Source: a virus (taxonomy: Duplodnaviria; Caudoviricetes). From it: a stretch of DNA of 57,781 nt. The stretch is from positions 1 to 57,781 of the IMG/VR virus record IMGVR_UViG_3300032326_000646, one strand, 5' to 3'. Positions 35,644 to 46,196 of the stretch are shown here, one piece after another; the first letter of the stretch is position 1, and each line of letters begins with the position of its first letter. The notes beneath the pieces were generated by a model. That model was not told the origin of the DNA, did no database searches, and saw only the letters and a list, made by a program, of their open reading frames with translations. Both the position numbers and the translations under genes were made by a program.

Positions 35644-35680
35644 GAGAGGCTCAATCCTTCGGGGTTGGGCCTTTCTGTTT
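35644..35680 (+). terminator. Intrinsic terminator with UUCG loop
   Basis: GAGAGGCTCAATCC-TTCG-GGGTTGGGCCTTTC then TGTTT. Confidence 0.8.
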
Positions 35681-35694
35681 GGTATACTTATATA

Positions 35695-36372
35695 ATGGCA
35701 ACAAAAATATATCATACTAAAAAAATATCATTAATAGATGAAAGCACTATTACTGCTGCCCCCTTAAAAATTAAATATCTTAGAGAGTTTCTAGAAACTT
35801 TTGAAGAAATTAAAGATGCAAAGACAGATGATGAGTCAGTTGCTGTTTTGGCAAAATGTGCTCTTATTGCTATGCAGCAGTATTGTCCATCGATAACAAC
35901 GATAGAAGAGTTAGAGGATAGTTTAGATTTACCCACAGTATACGAAATAATAGATGTAGCAGCGGGAATTAAAATTAATGAAAAGTCAGAAGATACGGTA
36001 AAAGCCCAAGCAGTAGAAAGTGGATCAACATGGGAAACCCTAGATTTGGCAAAGTTGGAGTCTGAGGTTTTCCTTCTTGGTATTTGGAAAGACTATGAAG
36101 AGTTAGAGTCTTCTTTATCTATGCAAGAATTAACAGCAACCCTACAAATAAAAAGAGAACTAGATTATTCAGACAAGAAATTTTCTGCTGCAATGCAAGG
36201 TGTAGATTTAGATAAAAATTCTGGTAGTGGAAACGAATGGGAAGACATGAAGGCTAGAGTGTTTAGCAAGGGTGCAACCACTAATGGAAATGATATTCTG
36301 GCTTTGCAAGGCATGAATGCTGAGAAGGCTGGTTTCGGCATAGGCATGGGACTTGATTATGAAACTTATTAA
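35695..36372 (+). CDS. Tail assembly chaperone, long (GT-like) form
   Basis: N-terminal ~100 aa paralogous to 36431; extra C-terminal domain; leaderless ATG 35695. Confidence 0.7.
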   Translation: MATKIYHTKKISLIDESTITAAPLKIKYLREFLETFEEIKDAKTDDESVAVLAKCALIAMQQYCPSITTIEELEDSLDLPTVYEIIDVAAGIKINEKSEDTVKAQAVESGSTWETLDLAKLESEVFLLGIWKDYEELESSLSMQELTATLQIKRELDYSDKKFSAAMQGVDLDKNSGSGNEWEDMKARVFSKGATTNGNDILALQGMNAEKAGFGIGMGLDYETY

Positions 36373-36430
36373 TAATAAAAAATAAGCCTGCGCTATGGTA
36401 TAATTGACTAAACCTTATAAGGAGGAATAA

Positions 36431-36757
36431 ATGGCAACTGCCACAACAGAAGAAAAGACCGTAACACTGATCGATGGAACAAAGATCAAGGTCAGACCAC
36501 TTAAAATCTCGCTACTTCGTCCATTTATGAAGAAGTTTGAAGATATCGCAAAGGTCGCAGAAGATAACGAAAAGTCTATGGATTTGCTTATGGACTGTGT
36601 ACAAATTGCAATGCAACAATACAAGCCAGAGTTGGCAGAAGACAAGGAAGCCCTAGAAGAAAACCTAGACCTTCCAACAGTATACAAGATTGTCGAAGAG
36701 GCATCAGGGATTAAACTTTCTGACGCATCACTACTTGGCAACCTTGCAAATAACTAA
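36431..36757 (+). CDS. Tail assembly chaperone, short (G-like) form
   Basis: Lies between tail tube and tape measure; AAGGAGG SD. Confidence 0.75.
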   Translation: MATATTEEKTVTLIDGTKIKVRPLKISLLRPFMKKFEDIAKVAEDNEKSMDLLMDCVQIAMQQYKPELAEDKEALEENLDLPTVYKIVEEASGIKLSDASLLGNLANN

Positions 36758-36775
36758 ATAAAGAGGTGTTAATGG

Positions 36776-39700
36776 ATGGCTGATGTTCAATCCAATATTC
36801 ATGTAAATATTGATACGTCTGATGCTTTAGCAAGTCTAAAACTTCTGCAACGTCAAATATCAGCCTTCCATACACAAATGGCAAAGTCTGGTACCGCAGC
36901 AGCAGCGGTATCTGCAAATCAAGCACAAAACTTGATGAACGCAATAAATGCTACTGGACAATTCCAAGCATCTATGCAAAAGGTAACAACAAGCACAGAG
37001 CATTTTACTGATGCGTTAGAACGTAACAAATTAACATCCAGAGAATATTTTAGATATACTGGAGCAGCCACAAAGACCTTCGGAAGACTATTTAAGTCTG
37101 AGTTCGAGACAATCAACAAGGTTGCACGAGAGCGTGTAAAAGATATTCAGACACAGTATATCAAACTGGGTCGTGGTGCTAATGGTGCACTAGAAGCAAT
37201 TGCTGTAAGACCTCTTACCCTTGACATGAAAAATTTGGGTACTCAAACAGCCATCGCAGCACAAAGACAACAACTATTAAATCAACTATTAAAGCAAGGA
37301 TCAACAAACCTTCTAAACTTTGGTAAGAATACTCAGTGGGCTGGTCGTCAGTTGATGGTTGGTTTTACAATTCCATTGGCAATGCTTGGAGCCCAGGCTT
37401 CAAAAACATTTATGCAGATGGAAGAGCAAGCAATTAGATTTAAGCGTGTGTATGGAGAACTCTTTACCACTCAAGAAGAAACAGACGCAATGGTCAAGCA
37501 GATTCAGACTCTTGCAAAAGAATACACTAAGTACGGTGTAGCGGTAGAAGAAACAATGAAAATGGCTGCAGATGCAGCAGCAATGGGTAAGATGGGTGCA
37601 GAATTAACTGCACAAGTTGCACAGGCTACTAGACTTGCAGTTCTTGGTGGTGTTGAACAAGCCCAGGCCTTAGAAACAACCATATCAGTAACAAATGCAT
37701 TTGGTGTTGCAACAGAAGATTTAGCAAAAAAGATTGACTTCCTCAACGCAGTTGAAAACCAGACAGTTGTATCTATTGAAGATTTAACAGTTGCAATTCC
37801 AAAGGCTGGCCCAGTTGTGCAACAACTTGGTGGAGATGTAGAAGATTTAGCATTCTTCCTTACAGCAATGAAAGAAGGTGGAATCAATGCATCAGAAGGT
37901 GCTAACGCACTCAAGTCTGGTCTTGCATCTTTAATTAACCCATCTGAAAAAGCATCAAAATTCTTAGGAAATCTTGGAGTTAATATCCGTGGAATTGTTG
38001 AAGCAAACAAGGGAGATATTAAAGCAACAGTTGTTGGATTTTCAAAGGCATTAGACACACTAGATCCACTTAACCGTGCTCGTGCTATTGAGCAGTTATT
38101 TGGAAAGTTCCAGTTCTCAAGATTATCTACACTATTTCAAAACGTAGCAGCAGAAGGCACACAAGCACAAAGAGTTTTAGGACTAACAAAAGCAACTACA
38201 GAAGAACTTGCAATTTTGTCACAACGAGAATTAGACAAGATAGAAAACACCACTACCTATAAGTTTAAAAAGTCAATGGAAAATCTTAAGGTTGCTCTTG
38301 CCCCAGTTGGAGAGCAGTTCTTAAAGGCTCTTACTCCTATTGTTGAATTTGTTGGAAAGATACTTGATAAGTTTAATAATCTTGGCGATGGAACTAAAAA
38401 GTTTATAACTATATTTACTGTTGCAGTTGCAGGTATTGGTCCAGTTCTTTTGATGACATTTGGTTTGATAGCAAATGCTGCTGCTAATATAATTAAACTA
38501 TTTGCAAGTATGAAGTCTATGTACAATAGAACTGGAAATGCAAGTACAGTTTTAGGAGAACAAACAAATTATTTAACTAAGGAGCAGATAGAAGCATCAG
38601 CCGTTGCAGCATCACTTGATCAAGTTCATCAAAAACTTAGACAAACATTTACATCTGAAACAACTGCAGTCAACTCTCTTGCAGCAGCATACAGAAGAGC
38701 AATCGCAGCCCAAGCAGGATTTACTGGTCCAGTTAGGGGCGCTGGAAAAGCCCCTGGTTTAAAGAAGTATTCAACAGGAACTACAGAAGTTCCAGGAAGT
38801 GGAAGCAGAGATACAGTACCAACAATGCTAACTCCTGGAGAAGCCGTTATCCCAGCACGGGCAGCACAAGATCCAGCAAATAGGCCAATGATTGCACAGT
38901 TAGTCGCAGGGAAAAAGGTTCAAGGATTTAACACAGGAACAACTGGAGTAACACAAAGTGGAGAAACACAAAAAACACACGTAGGTGGAAAGAGTGAGCA
39001 AAAACTAATTTCCGACATCCTCAAGAATAATCCTTTTATGGGAGATGATCAAAAAGCCAAATTAAGAGCGCTTGAGGCAATTTTAAAATCACAAGGCCTT
39101 CCACCAACAACTGCAACACTACATAAGTTAATGTTTACATTCCCAGCATCAATGAACATGTCAATGAGTGCTGGTGTTGGAATTCCTGCTCAAAACTTTA
39201 TAGATGCTTGGGATAAGTTAGGACCAAATAAGTGGGAAGCATCTAAGATCGCTGGCCCAGTTGCGGATCCTTTTGATAGAGCAATGATAGATATGATCAA
39301 AAAAGATTTGGCAGATAAAAAAATAACACATGTCAATGATGATTATGTTAAAGATATATTTACAAAAAGAATCCCAGCAGAACGACCAGATATTGCAAAA
39401 ACTGCTGGGTATAGTCAAGCAGAAAAACTATACAACACCTCTACACAATTTTTGCTTGGAAAGGGACTAGGAAATACTCCAGAAGAAAGCACAAGAATTT
39501 TACAAGATGCAGTAAAGAAAGGCGCTATAAAAAGTTTTACTCTTGAGTCAAGAGAAGGAACTGGAAAAACAAACAAGGGTAAAATTGTAACTGGATCAGC
39601 CACAGTAACCTTAAATGATGGAACAGTTGTAAATATGAATCGTCTCGGTTCTGGTCATAGAGTAAACATCAGCCAAGACGAAAAAAGCCAAGAAAGAAGT

Positions 39701-42700
39701 AATGCAGCAGCAGCAAGAGCAAGAGCAAAAGCAATAGCAAAAAGAGCAGCAGATGTACCAAGTCAATCAAAAATGACAGTTCTAGAACGTGTTGCTGCAG
39801 CAGCAGAAAAAACAGTATCTGGAAAACTTCCTGCCACCGACTTTGGAAAACAACTTGCCTCTTCATCTGGTTATAGTTTTAAAGAAGCCTCTTTCATGGG
39901 CGGTCTTTATGAAAAGTCTAATGGCAAAAAAGTATTTGTAAAGCCAATGATGAGTGAACTAGACGCTATAGCAGAAAAAAGAGCAACAGACTTTGCTAGA
40001 AAAGTTCAAGGACTTGATACGCCAGAGCAAAACATTAAAACAATGATTGATCCTTCAGATCCAGAAGGTAAAAGAAAGATAATTGTTTTGGAATCTCCCT
40101 TTAATGAAAGGTTTAGTACAAAAAATATTCCAAAGACATTTACTCAGGCAGAATATTTTACACAGTTAGTCGCAGCAAATCTTCGTGGAGATAAAGATCT
40201 TAAGGCAGGAAATCTCGGTGGAAATGTCATGACAGACGGAGGCACCATGGGTGTCTTTGATAAAGCCTCTGGAGATAGAAGCCTTTCAAAAAAGATGCCA
40301 TCGCTAGAGCAAATGGCAGAAGAAAACCTAAAGGGGCTTCCAGAAAAAAGCAAAGGAAACCCACAAAATTCCCCTAACTGGTTTGCAAATGCAACTAAAG
40401 ATATTGCTTTAAATTTAAAACCAGATCAATACGATAAGGCTATGAAAGATGAAATCAAAAGACAGATTGAACTTATGGTTCCTTATGTAAAAGGCATGCC
40501 TAACAATGATCCGCTAAAACCTTACTACACCAAGATGTTAGCAAGACTTAGAGCAGGACTAAAGGTTGACTGGAAGAGACTACATCAAAAGCATAGTAGT
40601 ATTCTGGTAAAACCTGATGAAGTTCTTGAAGATAAAGATGGTAACATCAAGAAAATACCTACAGAGCCAAATAACGGCAAATTTAAATCTGACTCAGGCA
40701 TAAAAGATACAAGAATTGCTTCAAAGGAAGTTGAGTCATCAGTCCGTCAAAGACCTAGACTGCGTGGAAAATCAGATGCTCCAAAAGCAAGTATTGATAT
40801 TTCAGAACAAGAACTTGCTCGCACAGCACCAAGGGGTATAAAAAGAATAGTAGATCCAGTAGGAGCAGTAGTTGCTGGAGCAAAGACTTCTATAGCAGAA
40901 GCAAAGTCAGTTGGAAGTACAATTGGAACAACATTGTCTCAATCTGCAGCAGCAGCCTCAAGAACAATGCTGTACGGTACTGGACCAGTAGATGCTGATG
41001 CAAAGTCTGTACGTAGACAACTAGAAAAGCGACAAAGAGCGCAAGCAAAAACACAAGCAAAGGCAGCAGCATCAAGAACTGCTCTTTATGGCACGGGGCC
41101 TGTAGATGCAGATGCAAAGTCTATGAGACGTAATGCAGAAAAAGAAATGAAGAGAAGTAAGTTAGCAGAAAAGGTAGCCTACCAACAATCAATTATTGAT
41201 CAAAGAGCAGCAGAAGAAGCAAAGAAAAGAACTCCTACAGGGAGAATCAAAACATTTGTAGAAAATAGACAAGCAAAAAGACAAGCAAGAATAGATGCAG
41301 GCAAGCGCCCAGGAATGGGAATGACTGGAGCAGCAGGTGTTGCAGCAGGTGCAGCAATGCTTGGCTCAATGGCACCAGGAAAAGTTGGAGAGATTTCACA
41401 AAAAGTAATGATGCCACTTATGGGTCTTTCCATGGTGCTTCCAATGCTAAAGAGCCCTATGGGGGCTGTTGCAGTTGGCCTTGCAGCAACCGTTGGAGCA
41501 TTTGTTGCTTTAAGAATGGCTTTTGATAAAGCAGCAAATAAGGTTCTAGAGGAAAATGAAAAGTTTAGAGGATCCACTTCTGCAATAAATTCAATTGCAA
41601 AGTTTAGTGGCAAAGTAACAGCATCAGAGCAGATGGACTTAAGAAGAAAAAATTCCTTTTCAATGCTTGGGCCAGCAAGAGGTAAAACAACTTATGGAGA
41701 AGCATTTATTCAGACAGCAGAAGGAAAAGATTTAACAAAGCGAATTTCAGAACAAAATGCTGCAGGTAAGGGTGGAGAGGCAGCAAAAGATTTAAGTGGA
41801 CAGTTAACTGCATCAATAATGTCTGGTGCAATTGATATGAGTCAAGCAAAAAGTTTAGCCATGAATGCTGCTAGACAGGCTGGAGATATGTCAATAGGTA
41901 TTAGAGTAATTGCTCAAATGGAATCACTCCTTGGTCCAAATGGAGAAAAACTTGATCAAGAACCATTAAAGGTTAGAATGAATATGATTTCTGAAAATTC
42001 TAAGAATATGCAAGGCAGTCTTAAAAATATTCAAAATGCTAATCCAATAACAAAACTTGCTGGACAAAAGACAATGCAAAAAGTTGGCATTGGTGCCACT
42101 GCAGCAGCAGGAGCAACTGTCGGCGCAGTCCTTGGTTCAATTGTTCCTGGGGTTGGAAATGTTGTTGGAGCAATTATTGGTGGTGGCATCGGCGCAGCAG
42201 CGGGAGCAATTGGTGGATACTTTGCATCGCAAAAGTTTGTAAAGCAAGCAGGAGCACTTGGAGCAGCCTATGCAGTAGATGCTAAGATTGCAATGGAACA
42301 AAACAAGCAAATGCTAGACTCATTTGATATGTACTATCAAAAGAAAATTGAAGAATTAAGGCTACAAGGAAAAATAAATGAAGCCAATGAAATGCAAACA
42401 AAATATATTAAAGAGAGAGATGAGTTAACCGCTGCTCAAGGTCAATTGCAAGGCAATATTGTTTCACAATACAATTCTGCTGGAGGTCTTCAAGAATCAA
42501 TGATGAGCGGTATGAAGAAGGCCGCAACCGCAAGATACAAGAATGATCCAAATCAATTAGCATATCTTGATGTTGTTAATCAACAAGCAGGGGATCTTAG
42601 AAAAGATGGACTTATTAGTAGTGGTCAAGAATTTTTAATTCAGGCAAAGATGGCAAGTGGAGATATTCCTCCAGCAGTGTTTAGATCACTTCTAGGTTTG

Positions 42701-45568
42701 GCAGCAGACAACAAAGATATTGCTCCAAAGATGATGGAAATTATCACAAAGTTTAGTGGGGCGACTTCTGAATCTATTGGAGTTGCAGCACAGAATATTC
42801 TTGGATCAGATGGAGTTATTAACAAAACAGTTCAGACTGAATTTATTACAAAAGTTGAAGCATTTGAAAAAGACTCAGATGCACTTGATTTTACAAAGAA
42901 TATGATTAAACTAAATAATTCTAATTCAGTAATTCCGTCAGATGTTCTAGTTAGTTATTATACAAAGAATAGCGAAGCATACGAAAGTCTAAATAAAGCA
43001 TTGGATGCAATTGAAAGCAAAAAAGATTTAACTATTCCTTTTATATATGAAATATTACCAGAGTTAAAAGAGTCTGAAGCATTTGATGAAGAATACTTTA
43101 AGACATTAACCGAAGACCAGCAAAAAGTATACACCGAAACAATTACAAAATTGATAAAAATGACTACGCCAGAAATTCTTGAAACTGAAGATTTTAAGGC
43201 TTGGCGTAAAGAAAATCCTGATGTCAAGGGAAGCAAATCTTTTATAGTTCAAAAGTATATTGAGGCTCAAGGAAATAAGGCCGTAACCGATGGCGTTGCT
43301 GTAGGCACAAATGCTCCAACAGGAACAACTTCAACTGGTGGTGGAAGTAAGGTGCAGTCTTCGCCTCTGGATGATTTAGTTAAAAAACTTAGGGATGTAA
43401 GAATGAACCAGATTAAGGTCACGGAGGGCTGGAGTGCCTCACGGAAGGCTTTAGATGGGCTGTTTGGTGGCAAGAAGACGATAGATGTATTTAGTGGTAT
43501 AGAGAACGATATAAGAAAACTTGGCGGTAGCCAAGACTTTATTGAACTCATAGTAGGCATGGATCCAAAAGAATACGAGAAGCAAAAGAACTCCCTGTTC
43601 TTATTTGACAATAAGAAAAATATTATTGGTCTTAAGAAAGATGCAAAGAATATCCAGGAAGCAATGAACTCTATTGCCATGGGTGATTGGAACTCTAGTA
43701 TGGAAGAAGAATCTAAGGCTCTTGATAACCAAGCAAAAGCATTTTCTAGAGTATCAGGTCTTGGAGTTCCAGTAGCAAATGCCTATGAACTTATAACAGA
43801 TAAAACAATTGCTTCAGCAATTGCCAATGGGGTAAATGACAAAACTCTAAAAACATTAATTGATAGATATAAGGGTTTGACAGCAGCACAAGAAAAGTCC
43901 GCAGCAATTCAAGCAACAAAAACAGATATTGCCCAATTTAAAAAAGACAGAGTTCAAGAAGATAGAATTAGAAGTAAGTATAGTTCAGAAAATGCTTTTG
44001 TAATTGGTTCTGATGAAAACCTTAAAACAATGGAAGGTGCTATCGCTACTCAGCAATCAAAGGTAAATCGTTTAATTGCTAAGGGTGCAGATAGTGGACA
44101 AATTAAGGCTGCACAAAAAGAACTAAATAGTATGATAACTGATTTTGATGAAAGATTAAATCAACTAAAAAGCACTATTGGATCAATGCAGGATATGTTT
44201 CATGAAGGTTTTGGAAATGCAATGGAGTCATTTGATGTTCAAGAGACTGCTCTTCAAATAAAGTTTAATTTAGATACTAAAGAAAGCACTAAGATAATTG
44301 AAGAAGCACAAAACACCATTGCTGGAATTCAGTATAAGATTGATGACAAAGAAGCATCTCTTAGGGCTATTGAAGATCAAGAGCAGAAGATTAATGAAAA
44401 GTATGATGAAAGAATCAAAGCCTTAGATGAAGTAGAAAAGGCTAATGCTTCTATTGCTAACCAGCAACGAGGCCAACTCACACTAGCGGAAGCCTTAACA
44501 TCTGGAGACATCGCAGCAGCAGCCAGAGCAGCACAAGATATGAGAGCACAACAGGCTGCAGATGCTGTAACAAGACAAAAGGATGCGGTAGAACAGTCTA
44601 GACAGTACGAACTTAACTCAGTAAAAGCATATGATCCTGTTACAAAATCTTATAGAACTAGAAAAGAAATTGAAACAGATATTAAAAATCTTCAAAATGA
44701 AATTTTTGATCTAGAAGAAAAGAAAATAGAGCCAGCACAAGAGTTTGTTCGATTAAGACAAATACAACTAGATAAAGATATCGAAGGAATTACTGTTCTT
44801 GGAAAAACAAGAGATGCCTGGGAAGCAATTAAAAATCAAGTAGATCTTGCTATGACAAATAGCGCAAAGTTTATAGAGTCAATGAAACTTGCATTAGGTA
44901 TTCAGGCAAACTTGACTCAGGGATATAAGAATGAAAAAACAAGTGGCAACAATCCAATAGTAGGAGCAACATCAGGTTCCACAACAACTGCAGAAGCAGA
45001 TGCAGCAGCAGCCAAGGCCAATGCGATGGCTGATTTTGCTTTAGCAAATACAGGAGCGCAAGTAAACACAGCAGTTGCTAATGCAGTTAAAGCAGGACTA
45101 ACTCCAACAGTGATTGCAAATGCAATGGTACCAGCCTTAATTAATTCTGGAATGGATGCAGCAGCAGCAGCATCATCTGCTAGATATACTGGTCAAGGAT
45201 TGCAGTGGCAAGCACAGCAAAAGGCAGCAGCAGCAAAGTGGAGACCAGGTGGGCTATCTATGGGTGGCATTGTTCCTAAACACTTTGCAGCAGGTGGTTT
45301 TGCAAAGGGCACTGATACAGTTCCAGCAATGCTAACTCCAGGAGAGTTTGTTATGAGCAAGTACGCAGTAGACTCATACGGAGTAGAAAATCTTAAGAAG
45401 ATTAATAATGGCGATACACCTAGCGGAGCAGTGTATAATAATACATATACATTAACTGTTAATGCAAAAACAGATGCTAATCCAAATGAAATTGCACAAG
45501 CAGTAATGTCAACAATTAAGCAAGTAGACGACAGAAGAATTAGGGGGATTGGAATAAATGGTAGATAA
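36776..45568 (+). CDS. Tape measure protein with inserted kinase-like domain
   Basis: 2930 aa; TP901-type TMP core (AENQTVVSIEDL...EGANALKS), Ala/Gly-rich hydrophobic segments, coiled coils. Confidence 0.9.
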   Translation: MADVQSNIHVNIDTSDALASLKLLQRQISAFHTQMAKSGTAAAAVSANQAQNLMNAINATGQFQASMQKVTTSTEHFTDALERNKLTSREYFRYTGAATKTFGRLFKSEFETINKVARERVKDIQTQYIKLGRGANGALEAIAVRPLTLDMKNLGTQTAIAAQRQQLLNQLLKQGSTNLLNFGKNTQWAGRQLMVGFTIPLAMLGAQASKTFMQMEEQAIRFKRVYGELFTTQEETDAMVKQIQTLAKEYTKYGVAVEETMKMAADAAAMGKMGAELTAQVAQATRLAVLGGVEQAQALETTISVTNAFGVATEDLAKKIDFLNAVENQTVVSIEDLTVAIPKAGPVVQQLGGDVEDLAFFLTAMKEGGINASEGANALKSGLASLINPSEKASKFLGNLGVNIRGIVEANKGDIKATVVGFSKALDTLDPLNRARAIEQLFGKFQFSRLSTLFQNVAAEGTQAQRVLGLTKATTEELAILSQRELDKIENTTTYKFKKSMENLKVALAPVGEQFLKALTPIVEFVGKILDKFNNLGDGTKKFITIFTVAVAGIGPVLLMTFGLIANAAANIIKLFASMKSMYNRTGNASTVLGEQTNYLTKEQIEASAVAASLDQVHQKLRQTFTSETTAVNSLAAAYRRAIAAQAGFTGPVRGAGKAPGLKKYSTGTTEVPGSGSRDTVPTMLTPGEAVIPARAAQDPANRPMIAQLVAGKKVQGFNTGTTGVTQSGETQKTHVGGKSEQKLISDILKNNPFMGDDQKAKLRALEAILKSQGLPPTTATLHKLMFTFPASMNMSMSAGVGIPAQNFIDAWDKLGPNKWEASKIAGPVADPFDRAMIDMIKKDLADKKITHVNDDYVKDIFTKRIPAERPDIAKTAGYSQAEKLYNTSTQFLLGKGLGNTPEESTRILQDAVKKGAIKSFTLESREGTGKTNKGKIVTGSATVTLNDGTVVNMNRLGSGHRVNISQDEKSQERSNAAAARARAKAIAKRAADVPSQSKMTVLERVAAAAEKTVSGKLPATDFGKQLASSSGYSFKEASFMGGLYEKSNGKKVFVKPMMSELDAIAEKRATDFARKVQGLDTPEQNIKTMIDPSDPEGKRKIIVLESPFNERFSTKNIPKTFTQAEYFTQLVAANLRGDKDLKAGNLGGNVMTDGGTMGVFDKASGDRSLSKKMPSLEQMAEENLKGLPEKSKGNPQNSPNWFANATKDIALNLKPDQYDKAMKDEIKRQIELMVPYVKGMPNNDPLKPYYTKMLARLRAGLKVDWKRLHQKHSSILVKPDEVLEDKDGNIKKIPTEPNNGKFKSDSGIKDTRIASKEVESSVRQRPRLRGKSDAPKASIDISEQELARTAPRGIKRIVDPVGAVVAGAKTSIAEAKSVGSTIGTTLSQSAAAASRTMLYGTGPVDADAKSVRRQLEKRQRAQAKTQAKAAASRTALYGTGPVDADAKSMRRNAEKEMKRSKLAEKVAYQQSIIDQRAAEEAKKRTPTGRIKTFVENRQAKRQARIDAGKRPGMGMTGAAGVAAGAAMLGSMAPGKVGEISQKVMMPLMGLSMVLPMLKSPMGAVAVGLAATVGAFVALRMAFDKAANKVLEENEKFRGSTSAINSIAKFSGKVTASEQMDLRRKNSFSMLGPARGKTTYGEAFIQTAEGKDLTKRISEQNAAGKGGEAAKDLSGQLTASIMSGAIDMSQAKSLAMNAARQAGDMSIGIRVIAQMESLLGPNGEKLDQEPLKVRMNMISENSKNMQGSLKNIQNANPITKLAGQKTMQKVGIGATAAAGATVGAVLGSIVPGVGNVVGAIIGGGIGAAAGAIGGYFASQKFVKQAGALGAAYAVDAKIAMEQNKQMLDSFDMYYQKKIEELRLQGKINEANEMQTKYIKERDELTAAQGQLQGNIVSQYNSAGGLQESMMSGMKKAATARYKNDPNQLAYLDVVNQQAGDLRKDGLISSGQEFLIQAKMASGDIPPAVFRSLLGLAADNKDIAPKMMEIITKFSGATSESIGVAAQNILGSDGVINKTVQTEFITKVEAFEKDSDALDFTKNMIKLNNSNSVIPSDVLVSYYTKNSEAYESLNKALDAIESKKDLTIPFIYEILPELKESEAFDEEYFKTLTEDQQKVYTETITKLIKMTTPEILETEDFKAWRKENPDVKGSKSFIVQKYIEAQGNKAVTDGVAVGTNAPTGTTSTGGGSKVQSSPLDDLVKKLRDVRMNQIKVTEGWSASRKALDGLFGGKKTIDVFSGIENDIRKLGGSQDFIELIVGMDPKEYEKQKNSLFLFDNKKNIIGLKKDAKNIQEAMNSIAMGDWNSSMEEESKALDNQAKAFSRVSGLGVPVANAYELITDKTIASAIANGVNDKTLKTLIDRYKGLTAAQEKSAAIQATKTDIAQFKKDRVQEDRIRSKYSSENAFVIGSDENLKTMEGAIATQQSKVNRLIAKGADSGQIKAAQKELNSMITDFDERLNQLKSTIGSMQDMFHEGFGNAMESFDVQETALQIKFNLDTKESTKIIEEAQNTIAGIQYKIDDKEASLRAIEDQEQKINEKYDERIKALDEVEKANASIANQQRGQLTLAEALTSGDIAAAARAAQDMRAQQAADAVTRQKDAVEQSRQYELNSVKAYDPVTKSYRTRKEIETDIKNLQNEIFDLEEKKIEPAQEFVRLRQIQLDKDIEGITVLGKTRDAWEAIKNQVDLAMTNSAKFIESMKLALGIQANLTQGYKNEKTSGNNPIVGATSGSTTTAEADAAAAKANAMADFALANTGAQVNTAVANAVKAGLTPTVIANAMVPALINSGMDAAAAASSARYTGQGLQWQAQQKAAAAKWRPGGLSMGGIVPKHFAAGGFAKGTDTVPAMLTPGEFVMSKYAVDSYGVENLKKINNGDTPSGAVYNNTYTLTVNAKTDANPNEIAQAVMSTIKQVDDRRIRGIGINGR

Positions 45569-46196
45569 TGTTGATCCAAGATACACCTATATGCAGAGTC
45601 GTAAAAAGTATAATAGGCCTAGCGGAATGCTTTGGTCTGAAAATTCTGGAACCCTGATCAATGGTTTGTACATACCTTACGGTCTGGAGGTGGGTGCGGA
45701 TGCAACAGCAGAGTCAGACCCAAATCTTGTAGATCAGTTTTTAATGCTTACAGACGATAATAGAGGTCCATTAGATTTTTCAGATGAGCGCATTGAAAAA
45801 CGGGAAAGAATGATTAATGGCCGAATGAGATCATACCATATTGCAGATAAAATGAGGCTTAGTACAAACTGGAGCATGATTCCATCAAGGTCTCATCCTG
45901 ATATTCCAGATTTTAATCCAGCAACTGGTCTATCACCACACAAATCATATACAACAGACGGAGGTGCAGGAGGAGCAGATATGCTTGAGTGGTACGATGA
46001 CCACAAGGGATCTTTCTGGGTATTTCTTGCTTATGATAAAAAGGGCATATTTAAAGGAACAGATGTTCCGTATGGTCATCTTTCTCAATACAATCAAATT
46101 GTAGAAATGTTTATTTCTAGTTTTACATACTCTGTAGAAAAAAGAGGAGCCAATTTTGATTATTGGAATGTCTCAGTTACTTTGGAAGAAGTATAA
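45558..46196 (+). CDS. Distal tail protein-like
   Basis: Follows the TMP; RMINGRMRSY, ends VSVTLEEV. Confidence 0.6.
   Translation: MVDNVDPRYTYMQSRKKYNRPSGMLWSENSGTLINGLYIPYGLEVGADATAESDPNLVDQFLMLTDDNRGPLDFSDERIEKRERMINGRMRSYHIADKMRLSTNWSMIPSRSHPDIPDFNPATGLSPHKSYTTDGGAGGADMLEWYDDHKGSFWVFLAYDKKGIFKGTDVPYGHLSQYNQIVEMFISSFTYSVEKRGANFDYWNVSVTLEEV

Noticed and set aside
35695-36776. Programmed -1 frameshift in the tail chaperone
   Set aside because: No X XXY YYZ site seen at either gene end and only 18 nt separate 36757 from the TMP start
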